Source: Eledone cirrhosa
Lineage: Eukaryota
Length of the DNA: 64,000 bases
Direction: 5' to 3'
Assembly: GCA_964016885.1 (NCBI GenBank)
Contig: OZ024745.1
Location: forward strand, 25,358,001 to 25,422,000
Numbering within the stretch: position 1 is the stretch's first letter; every line of letters begins with the position of its first letter. The position numbers were made by a program, and so were the translations under genes. The notes beneath the pieces were generated by a model, which saw only the letters and a program-made list of their open reading frames with translations, was not told the origin of the DNA and made no database searches. Shown here one piece after another: positions 13,418-26,629 of this stretch.

Positions 13418-16400
13418 GTGGTAGTGTTGGCAGTGGTGGTAGTGGTTGTGATAGTTGCGATGGTAGTGTCAGTGGTTATAGCAGTCTTACTGGTGTTGAT
13501 CGTGGGAGTGATGTTGGTAGTGGTTGTGATAGTGTTAGTGGTAGTTATGGTGTTGGTAGTAGTGACTGTGATAGTGTTAGTGGTGGTTGTGGTGTTGGTA
13601 GTAGTGGTTGTGATAGTGTTAGTGGTAGTTATGGTGTTGGTAGTAGTGACTGTGATAGTGTTAGTGGTGGTTGTGGTGTTGGTAGTAGTGGTTGTGATAG
13701 TGTTAGTGGTAGTTATGGTGTTGGTAGTAGTGACTGTGATAGTGTTAGTGGTGGTTGTGGTGTTGGTAGTAGTGGTTGTGATAGTGTTAGTGGTAGTTAT
13801 GGTGTTGGTAGTAGTGACTGTGATAGTGTTAGTGGTGGTTGTGGTGTTGGTAGTAGTGGTTGTGATAGTGTTAGTGGTAGTTATGGTGTTGGTAGTAGTG
13901 ACTGTGATAGTGTTAGTGGTGGTTGTGGTGTTGGTAGTAGTGGTTGTGATAGTGTTAGTGGTAGTTATGGTGTTGGTAGTAGTGACTGTGATAGTGTTAG
14001 TGGTGGTTGTGGTGTTGGTAGTAGTGGCTGTGATAGTGTTAGTGGTAGTTATGGTGTTGGTAGTAGTGACTGTGATAGTGTTAGTGGTGGTTGTGGTGTT
14101 GGTAGTAGTGACTGTGATAGTGTTAGTGGTGGTTGTGGTGTTGGTAGTAGTGACTGTGATAGTGTTAGTGGTGGTTGTGGTGTTGGTAGTAGTGACTGTG
14201 ATAGTGTTAGTGGTGGTTGTGGTGTTGGTAGTAGTGGCTGTGATAGTGTTAGTGGTGGTTGTGGTGTTGGTAGTAGTGGCTGTGATAGTGTTAGTGGTGG
14301 TTGTGGTGTTGGTAGTAGTGGCTGTGATAGTGTTAGTGGTGGTTGTGGTGTTGGTAGTAGTGGCTGTGATAGTGTTAGTGGTGGTTGTGGTGTTGGTAGT
14401 AGTGGCTGTGATAGTGTTAGTGGTGGTTGTGGTGTTGGTAGTAGTGGCTGTGATAGTGTTAGTGGTGGTTGTGGTGTTGGTAGTAGTGACTGTGATAGTG
14501 TTAGTGGTAGTTATGGTGTTGGTAGTAGTGACTGTGATAGTGTTAGTGGTGGTTGTGGTGTTGGTAGTAGTGGCTGTGATAGTGTTAGTGGTAGTTATGG
14601 TGTTGGTAGTAGTGACTGTGATAGTGTTAGTGGTGGTTGTGGTGTTGGTAGTAGTGGTTGTGATAGTGTTAGTGGTAGTTATGGTGTTGGTAGTAGTGAC
14701 TGTGATAGTGTTAGTGGTGGTTGTGGTGTTGGTAGTAGTGGCTGTGATAGTGTTAGTGGTAGTTATGGTGTTGGTAGTAGTGACTGTGATAGTGTTAGTG
14801 GTGGTTGTGGTGTTGGTAGTAGTGGCTGTGATAGTGTTAGTGGTGGTTGTGGTGTTGGTAGTAGTGGCTGTGATAGTGTTAGTGGTGGTTGTGGTGTTGG
14901 TAGTAGTGACTGTGATAGTGTTAGTGGTAGTTATGGTGTTGGTAGTAGTGACTGTGATAGTGTTAGTGGTGGTTGTGGTGTTGGTAGTAGTGGCTGTGAT
15001 AGTGTTAGTGGTAGTTATGGTGTTGGTAGTAGTGACTGTGATAGTGTTAGTGGTGGTTGTGGTGTTGGTAGTAGTGGTTGTGATAGTGTTAGTGGTAGTT
15101 ATGGTGTTGGTAGTAGTGACTGTGATAGTGTTAGTGGTGGTTGTGGTGTTGGTAGTAGTGGCTGTGATAGTGTTAGTGGTAGTTATGGTGTTGGTAGTAG
15201 TGACTGTGATAGTGTTAGTGGTGGTTGTGGTGTTGGTAGTAGTGACTGTGATAGTGTTAGTGGTGGTTGTGGTGTTGGTAGTAGTGACTGTGATAGTGTT
15301 AGTGGTGGTTGTGGTGTTGGTAGTAGTGACTGTGATAGTGTTAGTGGTGGTTGTGGTGTTGGTAGTAGTGGCTGTGATAGTGTTAGTGGTGGTTGTGGTG
15401 TTGGTAGTAGTGGCTGTGATAGTGTTAGTGGTGGTTGTGGTGTTGGTAGTAGTGGCTGTGATAGTGTTAGTGGTGGTTGTGGTGTTGGTAGTAGTGGCTG
15501 TGATAGTGTTAGTGGTGGTTGTGGTGTTGGTAGTAGTGACTGTGATAGTGTTAGTGGTGGTTGTGGTGTTGGTAGTAGTGGCTGTGATAGTGTTAGTGGT
15601 GGTTGTGGTGTTGGTAGTAGTGGCTGTGATAGTGTTAGTGGTGGTTGTGGTGTTGGTAGTAGTGGTGATAGTGTTAGTGGTAGTTGTGGTGTTCGTAGTG
15701 GTTGTGGGGTTGGTAGTGGTTGTGGAGTTGGTAGTGGTAGTTGTTGTGCTGGTAGTGGCTGTGATAGTGTTAGTGGTAGTTGTTGTGCTGGTAGTGGCTG
15801 TGATAGTGTTAGTGGTAGTTGTGGTGTTGGTAGTGGCTGTGATAGTGTTAATGGTAGTTGTGGTGTTGGTAGTGGTTGTGGAGTTGGTAGTGCTGGTTGT
15901 TGTGTTGGTAGCGGCTGTGGTAGTGTTAATGGTAGTTGTGGTGTTGGTAGTGGTTGTGGAGTTGGTAGTGCTGGTTGTTGTGTTGGTAGCGGTTGTGGTA
16001 GTGTTAGTGGTAGTTATGGTGTTGGTAGTGGTTGTGGAGTTGGTAGTGCTGGTTGTTGTGTTGGTAGCGGTTGTGGTAGTGTTAATGGTAGTTGTGGTGT
16101 TGGTAGTGGCTGTGATAGTGTTAGTGGTAGTTATGGTGTTGGTAGTGCTGGTTGTTGTGGTGGTAGCGGTTGTGGTAGTGTTAATGGTAGTTGTGGTGTT
16201 GGTAGTGGTTGTGTTAGTGTTAGTGGTAGTTAAGGTGTTGGTAGTGCTGGTTGTTGTGGTGGTAGCGGTTGTGGTAGTGTTAATGGTAGTTGTGGTGTTG
16301 GTAGTGGCTGTGATAGTGTTAGTGGTAGTTATGGTGTTGGTAGTGCTGGTTGTTTTGGTGGTAGCGGTTGTGGTAGTGTTAATGGTAGTTGTGGTGTTGG

Positions 16401-18635
16401 TAGTGGCTGTGATAGTGTTAGTGGTAGTTATGGTGTTGGTAGTGGTTGTGGTAGTGTTAATGGTAGTTGTGGTGTTGGTAGTGGTTGTGATAGTGTTAGT
16501 GGTAGTTATGGTGTTGGTAGTGGTTGTGGAGTTGGTAGTGCTGGTTGTTGTGTTGGTAGCGGTTGTGGTAGTGTTAATGGTAGTTGTGGTGTTGGTAGTG
16601 GTTGTGATAGTGTTAGTGGTAGTTATGGTGTTGGTAGTGGTTGTGGAGTTGGTAGTGCTGGTTGTTGTGTTGGTAGCGGTTGTGGTAGTGTTAATGGTAG
16701 TTGTGGTGTTGGTAGTGGCTGTGATAATGTTAGTGGTAGTTATGGTGTTGGTAGTGGTTGTGGTAGTGTTAATGGTAGTTGTGGTGTTGGTAGTGGCTGT
16801 GATAGTGTTAGTGGTAGTTATGGTGTTGGTAGTGGTTGTGGAGTTGGTAGTGCTGGTTGTTGTGTTGGTAACGGTTGTGGTAGTGTTAATGGTAGTTGTG
16901 GTGTTGGTAGTGGTTGTGGAGTTGGTAGTGCTGGTTGTTGTGTTGGTAGCGGTTGTGGTAGTGTTAATGGTAGTTGTGGTGTTGGTAGTGGTTGTGTTAG
17001 TGTTAGTGGTAGTTGTGGTGTTGGTAGTGGTTGTGTTAGTGTTAGTGGTAGTTATGGTGTTGGTAGTGGTTGTGTTAGTGTTAGTGGTAGTTATGGTGTT
17101 GGTAGTGGTTGTGTTAGTGTTAGTGGTAGTTATGGTGTTGGTAGTGCTGGTTGTTGTGGTGGTAGCGGTTGTGGTAGTGTTAATGGTAGTTGGGGTGTTG
17201 GTAGTGGTTGTGTTAGTGTTAGTGGTAGTTATGGTGTTGGTAGTGGTTGTGGTAGTGTTAGTGGTAGTTATGGTGTTGGTAGTGGTTGTGGAGTTGGTAG
17301 TTCTGGTTGTTGTGTTGGTAGCGGTTGTGGTAGTGTTAGTGGTAGTTATGGTGTTGGTAGTGGTTGTGGTGTTGGTAGTGCTGGTTGTTGTGGTGGTGGT
17401 GTTAATGGTAGTTGTGGTGTTAGTAGTGGTTGTGTTAGTGTTAGTGGTAGTTATGGTGTTGGTAGTGGTTGTGTTAGTGTTAGTGATAGTTATGGTGTTG
17501 GTAGTGGTTGTGTTAGTGTTAGTGGTAGTTATGCTGTTGGTAGTGGTTGTGTTAGTGTTAGTGGTAGTTATGGTGTTGGTAGTGGTTGTGTTAGTGTTAG
17601 TGGTAGTTATGGTGTTGGTAGTGGTTGTGTTAGTGTTAGTGGTAGTTATGCTGTTGGTAGTAGTTGTGTTAGTGTTAGTGGTAGTTATGCTGTTGGTAGT
17701 GGTTGTGTTAGTGTTAGTGGTAGTTATGGTGTTGGTAGTGGTTGTGTTAGTGTTAGTGGTAGTTATGCTGTTGGTAGTGGTTGTGTTAGTGTTAGTGGTA
17801 GTTATGGTGTTGGTAGTAGTTGTGTTAGTGTTAGTGGTAGTTATGCTGTTGGTAGTGGTTGTGTTAGTGTTAGTGGTAGTTATGGTGTTGGTAGTGGTTG
17901 TGTTAGTGTTAGTGGTAGTTATGGTGTTGGTAGTGGTTGTGTTAGTGTTAGTGGTAGTTATGCTGTTGGTAGTGGTTGTGTTAGTGTTAGTGGTAGTTAT
18001 GCTGTTGGTAGTGGTTGTGTTAGTGGTAGTTATGGTGTTGGTAGTGGTTGTGTTAGTGTTAGTGGTAGTTATGGTGTTGGTAGTGGTTGTGTTAGTGTTA
18101 GTGGTAGTTATGCTGTTGGTAGTGGTTGTGTTAGTGTTAGTGGTAGTTATGGTGTTGGTAATGGTTGTGTTAGTGTTAGTGGTAGTTATGCTGTTGGTAG
18201 TGGTTGTGTTAGTGTTAGTGGTAGTTGTGGTGTTGGTAGTGGTTGTGTTAGTGTTAGTGGTAGTTATGGTGTTGGTAGTGGTTGTGTTAGTGTTAGTGGT
18301 AGTTATGGTGTTGGTAGTGGTTGTGTTAGTGTTAGTGGTAGTTATGGTGTTGGTAGTGGTTGTGTTAGTGTTAGTGGTAGTTATGCTGTTGGTAGTGGTT
18401 GTGTTAGTGTTAGTGGTAGTTATGGTGTTGGTAATGGTTGTGTTAGTGTTAGTGGTAGTTATGCTGTTGGTAGTGGTTGTGTTAGTGTTAGTGGTAGTTG
18501 TGGTGTTGGTAGTGGTTGTGTTAGTGTTAGTGGTAGTTATGGTGTTGGTAGTGGTTGTGTTAGTGTTAGTGGTAGTTATGGTGTTGGTAGTGGTTGTGTT
18601 AGTGTTAGTGGTAGTTATGGTGTTGGTAGTGGTTG
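13418..18635. repeat. 5.2-kb triplet-based minisatellite (42-bp then 39-bp units)
   Basis: GTGATAGTGTTAGTGGTGGTTGTGGTGTTGGTAGTAGTGRCT units to ~15660, a mixed zone, then GTGTTAGTGTTAGTGGTAGTTATGGTGTTGGTAGTGGTT units. Confidence 0.95.
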
Positions 18636-19017
18636 AAGGGGTTGTAATGTGTTTGTAATGAAATATGCTACACGTTGATCACACCGACATTTTTTTACGG
18701 ACACTGTGTTATCTAAGACTACATTATCTAATGCGTTTTCAGGAAACGTTGGCTACTATTTCTAGAAGATCCAGCAACTACATAGGAGTATCCTTTTTGG
18801 TTCGGCCGAGTGTAATGGTGTCTGTGGGTGGTGTTGTTACCGCCGACGTAGGTATGGAGCAAAATGGTGGTGTATGAACTAATGGCAGGGATAAGCTAGA
18901 AGTGTAGGTGTGATGGTAATGTTTGTAGGATGTTGGTGAAGGGTAGGGAGTTTTAAAGGGAGGGGCATTATGGTATTATTCATGTGACACGACTGGAAAA
19001 AGTGACTCGTAAGCAAC

Positions 19018-19110
<93 letters not shown>

Positions 19111-19142
19111 TATATATATATAAATATATATATATATATTAT

Positions 19143-19182
<40 letters not shown>

Positions 19183-19183
19183 A

Positions 19184-19223
<40 letters not shown>

Positions 19224-19329
19224 CATATATATATGAATAACTGACTCGTAAGCAAAGTTATGTGAATAATTATTCCGCCTGGCTATTATCATATAAAATG
19301 AATAAAAATAATAAAATGTTAAATAGTGC

Positions 19330-19379
19330 TCTTGTCTGATGACCCTGTGGTAAACAGGCGAAACCTCAGAGTAACAAGA
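19330..19379 (+). ncRNA. Type I hammerhead ribozyme
   Basis: TCTTGT-CTGATGA-c-CCTGT ggtaa ACAGG-c-GAAA-C..G-TA|ACAAGA. Helix I extends via AAATAGTG/CACTATTT. A mutated copy lies at 29783-29832 minus. Confidence 0.8.
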
Positions 19380-20303
19380 CTCACTATTTAACCATAATGG
19401 TTTCTTATACAGGCACAATGCCAGCAACTTTGGGGGAGGGGAAAGTCGATTAAATTAACCCCAGTGCATGACTAGTACTTTATTTTATCGCCCCTGTAAG
19501 GATGAAATGCAAAGTTAACTTCGGCGGGATTTGAACTCAGATCATAAACGGCCATAACTATTTGCTGCAAAGCATGACGTCCGACCCTCCACCGATACTG
19601 CCATAATAAAATGAATATTAAAACTCTACATCGGTATTGAGTACTCTTTTCTTTCAGCAATCAACAACATACAGATTATTGAACTGCTCTTCTCTGCATT
19701 AATCACCCGCGACCTTCTTTTCTCTCTTTTCTCTCTCCTCTCTCTCTATATTTATATATCTCTATATATCTTTTGTGTTTACTACTTAAGTTAAAGTCTT
19801 CTTGTATCACAAGTTATATATATATATATATGAAAATGTTTAACTCCGACGGCAGAGCTCAAGCCGTTTCGACGGCTATTTCTGGACTCTGAGTCCAGAA
19901 ATAGCCGTCGAAACGGCTTGAGCTCTGCCGTCGGGGTTAAACATTTTCATATTACCCACTCTACTGCCCTAAGTATTGAGTACTCTGGTGCGTTATGGTC
20001 CATCTGGTTCCTTACCACACTTCCTTCGTTATATATATATATATATAAACGGAAAAAATGAAACGAAATTTCATTTCCCACTCTTAGTACGGCTGTTACT
20101 TAAACATAAGTATGTACACGTACATACATATATGTATACTGACGTACAGTAGTATGCATATACATATATATACATACATGCACACACGTTTATCGTTTTC
20201 GGTGCACCCGGCCGATTAACCCACTCGATATGCAAATTGGGCTACTCAGCCGTTAATATGCATAAAGTAAGTATATACGTTCAACAATCTGGCAGGAAGG
20301 TAT

Positions 20304-20346
20304 ACGTTGCTGACGATAGCTAATAAGCTTGAAACTAGTACAGCGT
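20304..20346 (+). ncRNA. Type I hammerhead ribozyme
   Basis: ACGTTG-CTGACGA-t-AGCT aata AGCT-t-GAAA-CTAG-TA|CAGCGT; palindromic helix III ACUAGU. Confidence 0.8.
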
Positions 20347-20556
20347 TCCTTTGTCAGTGTTGAACAAACGAGCAACGATGGTTGCTGGACACTATGGCTT
20401 AATATGGGATGTTTGTTTACAAACACACCGAGCATTATAATAAATGTTCGGTGAATCCATACGTACATATATATATGTGTGCATGTATGTATATATATGT
20501 ATATGCATACTACTGTACGTCTGTATACATATATGTATGTACGTGTACATACTTAT

Positions 20557-20616
<60 letters not shown>

Positions 20617-20620
<4 letters not shown>

Positions 20621-20860
20621 ATAAGTATTAAAACAATGAAATTAAACACAAAACTGTTTATTCATAGTAAAACTCATAAAAAATAATGAATTAACAGTTT
20701 TGTGTTTAATTTTATTGTTTTAATATTTCTATTTTGTCTCTGTATCTAATTGATAAATTTTTGTATTTTAAACTTTGTTTCACGACATCTTCTCCATACG
20801 GATTACATTGAGTTCTTTATACGGTTTAGACCCTACCATTGAGTGGTAGATTTATCTGTT
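20617..20860 (+). mobile_element. Fold-back element with tail related to the 45386 family
   Basis: Arms TATTAAAACAATGAAATTAAACACAAAACTGTT / AACAGTTTTGTGTTTAATTTTATTGTTTTAATA. Tail ...ACATTGAGTTCTT...GGTAGATTTATCT matches the reverse complement of the 45386-45450 tail. Confidence 0.65.
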
Positions 20861-21103
20861 TATATATATATATATATATATATATGTATTTTATAGAAAC
20901 TAAGTAATATGACGACTGCAGCTTGATAACGCCTGTCTTCCCCATTAGATGGCTAGTGTGGTTCGGTTAGGTAAGCCAAGTTTGGGAGGATGGATGGTTC
21001 GCGTTTGATTTGCCGAATTTGGAGGGTGAATACGGTTAGTTTGGCAGGGTGTTTGCTGAGAGCTAGTAGACTGATTGGAGCGAGCAATAACGGTCTTGTT
21101 TAC

Positions 21104-21181
<78 letters not shown>

Positions 21182-21346
21182 AAAAAAGATGAAATCGAAA
21201 ATGCAATTGGAGTCTTTTTTCCTTATACTTTCACTCGTGTAGGACACCTCGTTTTTCTTTCATTTTGTAAAAAAACCTCACTTTTTCATATATATATAAT
21301 ATTAATTCAAAATATTAATAAATATAGACATTCAACATAATCAAAA

Positions 21347-21415
21347 TATATTTTATTATATATATTTCGGAGGTACTGTGGTGTTTTTCAGTACGTCCTC
21401 ATCAGATAAAATATA
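21347..21415 (-). ncRNA. Type I hammerhead ribozyme
   Basis: Minus strand: TATATTTTAT-CTGATGA-GGA cGTACTG..CAGTACc TCC-GAAA-TATATA-TA|ATAAAATATA; 10-bp helix I. Confidence 0.85.
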
Positions 21416-21544
21416 TAAATTGATGTATGACATAGCTCAACTGTGGTGATAATTCAATATATATATATATATATATATATTCTGAGTCCAGAATTAGCCG
21501 TCGAAACGGCTTGAGCTCAGCCGTCGGGGTCCTACTCGTTCCCA

Positions 21545-21575
<31 letters not shown>

Positions 21576-21608
21576 TACATGAATCAAAGTTCTGTTTAAA
21601 CCATTTAT

Positions 21609-21657
21609 TCGCTTACAATTGTTTCTTCCAAACCGAGGTTTGAAGTCTTCGGAGCAA
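21609..21657 (-). ncRNA. Type I hammerhead ribozyme (U4C variant)
   Basis: Minus strand: TTGCT-CCGAAGA-c-TTCAAAC ctcg GTTTGGA-a-GAAA-CAATTG-TA|AGCGA. Confidence 0.7.
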
Positions 21658-22440
21658 TTTTTCAATGAGTTTTACATACTTGACCTCCTTTCCAACACAA
21701 GAGACCTATAGAAACATATGTATATATTGATGCACAGTGGGTTGACTTCCATTATAATAATATAGCATGGCAATTTACATACAAAGATTAAAGTCATATT
21801 AAAGGACAAAATTAAAGTTAAAATACAACATTGGCCGTTTACGAAGATAAAGCAAGAGGATAGTTTGAAGTAGTTAGTGTATGCACGTGGGGCATGCACG
21901 TGTGTCTTATTTATATAAGAATATAGTGCGGCAGGGTGTTATATGTAATACAAGCAGTTTAAGCGGGCAATCAAGAGTATTATGGGGGTTGTATTGGTAA
22001 AGTATTTTTTGATATATATATGTATGATATAAAAGCCTGTGTGTAGAGAAATATCAAAAATATTAAAAGTGAGAAGCAAAACAACGCCACGGTCCTCGCA
22101 TACACCACCATTCTCATAATCCAGGAAACGCAATTTATAGATTATATGTTCCTCACACAATCCACGATGATTCAACATTGGATGCTTGATGAACCATGTT
22201 AGAACACCACAGCTTGTTGTTCTCTAATTCAATTCTATAAGGGCAGGTTGTTTTTGTTGCGAGAATTGATATCGTATTGATGTTGTTATATTGAGCTATT
22301 TATCTTACTGGTAATAAGGTAGTAATAAATTACTGTCTTTCACTATTTAGGGTTTAAAATATATATAACTATAAAAAGTTTTAGTATATACATAACCATA
22401 AATAATATCCTTACTACTATATATATATATATATATATAT

Positions 22441-22730
22441 CAAAGGTATATATTGAGTTAGAAACTCAAAATGGTCTCTTACGATTAAATAGCTCAAGGA
22501 AAGAGATTTTTCCGAGCCGTATATTATAATTGAATATAAAAGAGAGATAAACACAGATATATACATATATGTGTTCAAATCGTAAGGGACTAGATTCGCT
22601 AAGGTGAAAAAGATACTTACTATGGACAATAGGGTTTGCCAGACTCAATTCATCCTAGCGAACGTGGTCCCTTACAATTTGAACACATATGTCTATATAT
22701 CTGTGTTTATTTCTCTTTTATATTCAATTA

Positions 22731-22736
<6 letters not shown>
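22441..22736 (-). mobile_element. Fold-back element in (TA)n
   Basis: ~85-bp inverted arms (22523-22608 / 22648-22736); unique tail 22441-22522. Confidence 0.7.
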
Positions 22737-22816
<80 letters not shown>

Positions 22817-23765
22817 TGTGTGTGTGCGTGTGCATTTGTGTGTGTATATATATATGTAAAAGGTAAACAGAAATAACCACACAATCGGTACAGTATATAG
22901 AAGGGATATATTAGGTTAACGCTTGATATAGCAGGAAGAGGGTCTTAACGTTTCGGACGCTAGTCCTACATAAGAAAAAAAGAATGAGAAATAAGATAGA
23001 TTGAGGGGACGGGCGGGATGGAATTGGAAAACATGTCTTTAAATAAAAATAACAGGTCCATATCTGTCGTCGAAACGACCGGAGCTCATCCGTCGGGGTC
23101 CTCACTCTTTTCCTATATATATATATAACAAAAACAGAAGGTTGAAACATATGCTTTAACATTTTAATTCCGTGAAATCCCTATACATATTTAAATGGTC
23201 TAGCTCCATCATCCAAGTGTGAGGACGATCTCATTCGGTAACTTCGACAGGATTACATTACAGGGTTACGTTGAACCCAAACTTATCAGGGAACATAAGG
23301 AAAAGAGAATTGGAAATTGAAAATAAAAATTCGACCAGGGGTCAATAATAAAGTACCAGTAACGCACTGAGATCGATTTTTCAACTTTCCCCTACCCCTG
23401 TTTATGATGGGCCAAAACCTTGTTATAACCCAATATGACCTAGAAGAGATGATTTCAGCGATAGTAGGCGGCAAGTGCTATACTCTTTTTGGTAGGTGCT
23501 CATCGCGTAAAGTTTCTTTCAAGACTCTACTCAGGTTACAGAGTCATTAATATATGTGTGTATGTATTGAACAATGAAAATAAATAAAAGTCAGAGATAG
23601 GTTGTTAATTTGTTCATTGTTTTGCGATCGTTTCAGAAGGTTGATTGATCATCGTAAATTGACTGTCGCTACCTGTTCCTAGTCTGATGAAGTCGCTGAG
23701 ATAGATCAGGGATTTCGAGACTAATTAACAACCTGTCTCCGAGTTTAGTTTGATTTCCATTGTTC

Positions 23766-23994
<229 letters not shown>

Positions 23995-24614
23995 GGACGG
24001 TTTCTTACATGTGAAACATTCGATTCTCAGCTCTAGTTATCCATCACTTCTGAGTTCAAATCCCGCCGAGGCTAGCTTTACCTTTCATACTCCGGGATCA
24101 ATAAAATAAATTACCAGTAACGCACCTGAAGTCAATTTAATCGACTTTCCTCTCCCGCGAAATTGTTGGCCTTGTGGCCTTGTTATTAGAAATCTATTCA
24201 TTATTGTGAGGTTTCACAGTCCAATTTCTCTATTTATTAGATTTTGTGTCTAGATAATTATAATTCAATCATTCATAGTTTTCTTTTTGATGGACTCTCG
24301 TCATATTTGGAATCTGAGAAATGCTCACAGAATGATTTACCTTTTTCTGATTTGTTTCTTTTTTTAAGTTATTCTAATTGGGCTCTCTAATAACATGAAA
24401 TAAATATATAAAATCATAACAAGTTGTACAACAGTCAGTAATTATATATTGTATTACATTCTACACTAGTTTTTACCATATTGAGGACGATGTGAACGCT
24501 TGACTATTTAAAATGGGAAGGAGTTGCAGGCGTTGTAGAACTGATAATGTGTTTCAGTTTCAATACCAAATTGAAATCAATTCACTTTGACTACAAATGC
24601 CAGCTGAAAACTCC

Positions 24615-24793
24615 ATTGACTGATTAATATACTCTCAAGGAATGACCAAACGAGGTTTATTTTTCAACATGGTCTCTAGAAAGAAAAAATGTAGTTTTTA
24701 ATAAGATGAGGTGAAATTAATGCGTGCAAGATTTCACAACACTAGCATCATTCCTTCATAGTCAACCTATGAACATTTTAGTCTACCCTCGTA
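24615..24793 (-). mobile_element. Mariner-like MITE remnant; opposite-strand copy ~38783-38955
   Basis: End CCTATGAACATTTTAGTCTACCCTCGTA. 24630-24780 aligns in reverse complement with ~38797-38945. Confidence 0.55.
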
Positions 24794-25317
24794 TATTCTA
24801 CACTATTTTTTGCCATATTGAGGAGGATCTGAACGCTTGGCTCTTTAAATTGAAAAGCAGTTGCATGTGTTGTAGAGCTGATAACATTTCCAAGGTTCAA
24901 TACCAAATTGAAATCAATTCATTTTAATTATGCTATTAGGGCAGGTGTGAAGGTGATTAATCGAATCCGATAAATGTATGTTAAATCTATTGTTGATTAA
25001 TCTAGAACTAAACAACGAATGAATGTGTACATAAAAAACAGTGTAACTATAAATTTTATAGTATTTATATTTACATGTTAGCTTCGTTCTCAATTGAATA
25101 TCAATTTATTGGTTTGTACTTAAGTAAGAAATCAATAACAACGAACTAACGATATAGAATTATGCCGTAAGATTTCCAAATTCGCGTTCACGATCATGTA
25201 GTGATCCATGATGAAATCATTTGTCTCCTATATGTCACTTACATTCTTAGGAAAAGCATGAACGCCACAGTTGCAACCCCACACTCCCAATAAATGTGTG
25301 TTCGTATTATTTAAGGC

Positions 25318-25498
25318 GGTGAATTGGCAATGTCGGTAGAGGGCTGGACGCCATGCTTTCTAGCATAGTTATGTCCCTTTACGGTCTGATTTCAAATCCC
25401 GTCGGGGTTAACTTTGCCTTATATCCTTACGAGGTCGATAAAATAAAGTACCAGTAATGTACTTAGTAATTGCTGGCATTGTGCCAAAAGTAAAAACA
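25318..25498 (+). mobile_element. SINE, same family, 12-bp TSD
   Basis: TSD ATTATTTAAGGC at 25306 and 25499. Other full or partial copies at ~5515-5705(+), 8640-8780(-), 19400-19600(-), 24050-24190(+), 25930-26050(-), 37075-37165(-), 38045-38190(-), 46690-46855(-) and 57146-57325(+). Confidence 0.85.
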
Positions 25499-26510
25499 AT
25501 TATTTAAGGCTAAATTTATTGATTAAGTTATTATATTAAATTAGGTATACCAAATCAATATATATATGCATCGAAAATGTAAAGCAAAAAGTCAGTGACT
25601 TGTGAGTCTGGGCAGATGGGCCAGGGATGGTGATGATAGTGTGGGGTCTACGATGAATGAGTTGCGGTTGCGCCGTGATTTCAACTTCCGGTTACAACTA
25701 TTTCTTAATCCGGAAGCTATTAATTCTATTTGGAAAGTCATTAAAGTTACAACTTACAATTTCTCCATACTTTAAACATAGAAACTTCATATCTCGCCAA
25801 AAGAAGCAAATATCCATTTTAAAAAATCGTGAATGATGATGGCATATATTATTTATTTTTCAGAAAAGAGAGAGAGAGTTTGTGTGTGGGGTGGTGGGTT
25901 TATGTGTAAGAGAGGGAGAAACAACAATCGAAGCCAGTACAGGATTAGTACTTTATTTATCGACTCTGGAAGGATGAAAGACAGGATTTGAACTGAGAGA
26001 GCCGAGAGCCAAGACTAATACTGCTAGGCATTGTATCCGATGTTCTAACGACTTTGTAATATGTCTGTATCTAGGACAACATTTACCGACCGTTTGATAC
26101 CGGTTTGAGTCCCATGTGGCTGCTGTTTCTAGCAAGCTGGGCATACGGATTTCCTTCAATGGTTGGATTTCTAAACGTTTTGCTATATAATGTGACCATC
26201 GGTGCTACAAGGATAACAGGACTCCAGAGATGTAGTTATAACTTTTGATGTTTATGGTGTATATTCTTATTGTTCTTACGATTAGTGTTAGAACTTATGA
26301 CGGTGGTGGTGATGTGGTTGGGATATTGTTTTGGTGATGTATTGTCGGCGTTATTATAGGATGTATTACTATACCATGAATGTTGTCACGTATATTCGTA
26401 AATACATGTTTATTTCCGTCGTAATATCTATTACATTCAAATGTAAAATGAAAGCTAAGATATGTACGCGCATGCACACACCTCATGTATATATATATAT
26501 ATATATACAT

Positions 26511-26557
<47 letters not shown>

Positions 26558-26573
26558 ACAAGCACACACAAGC

Positions 26574-26629
<56 letters not shown>

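Noticed and set aside
13418-18658. 1746-aa poly-Val ORF
   Set aside because: Stop-free frame of a GT-rich triplet satellite, with a GTG start and implausible composition.
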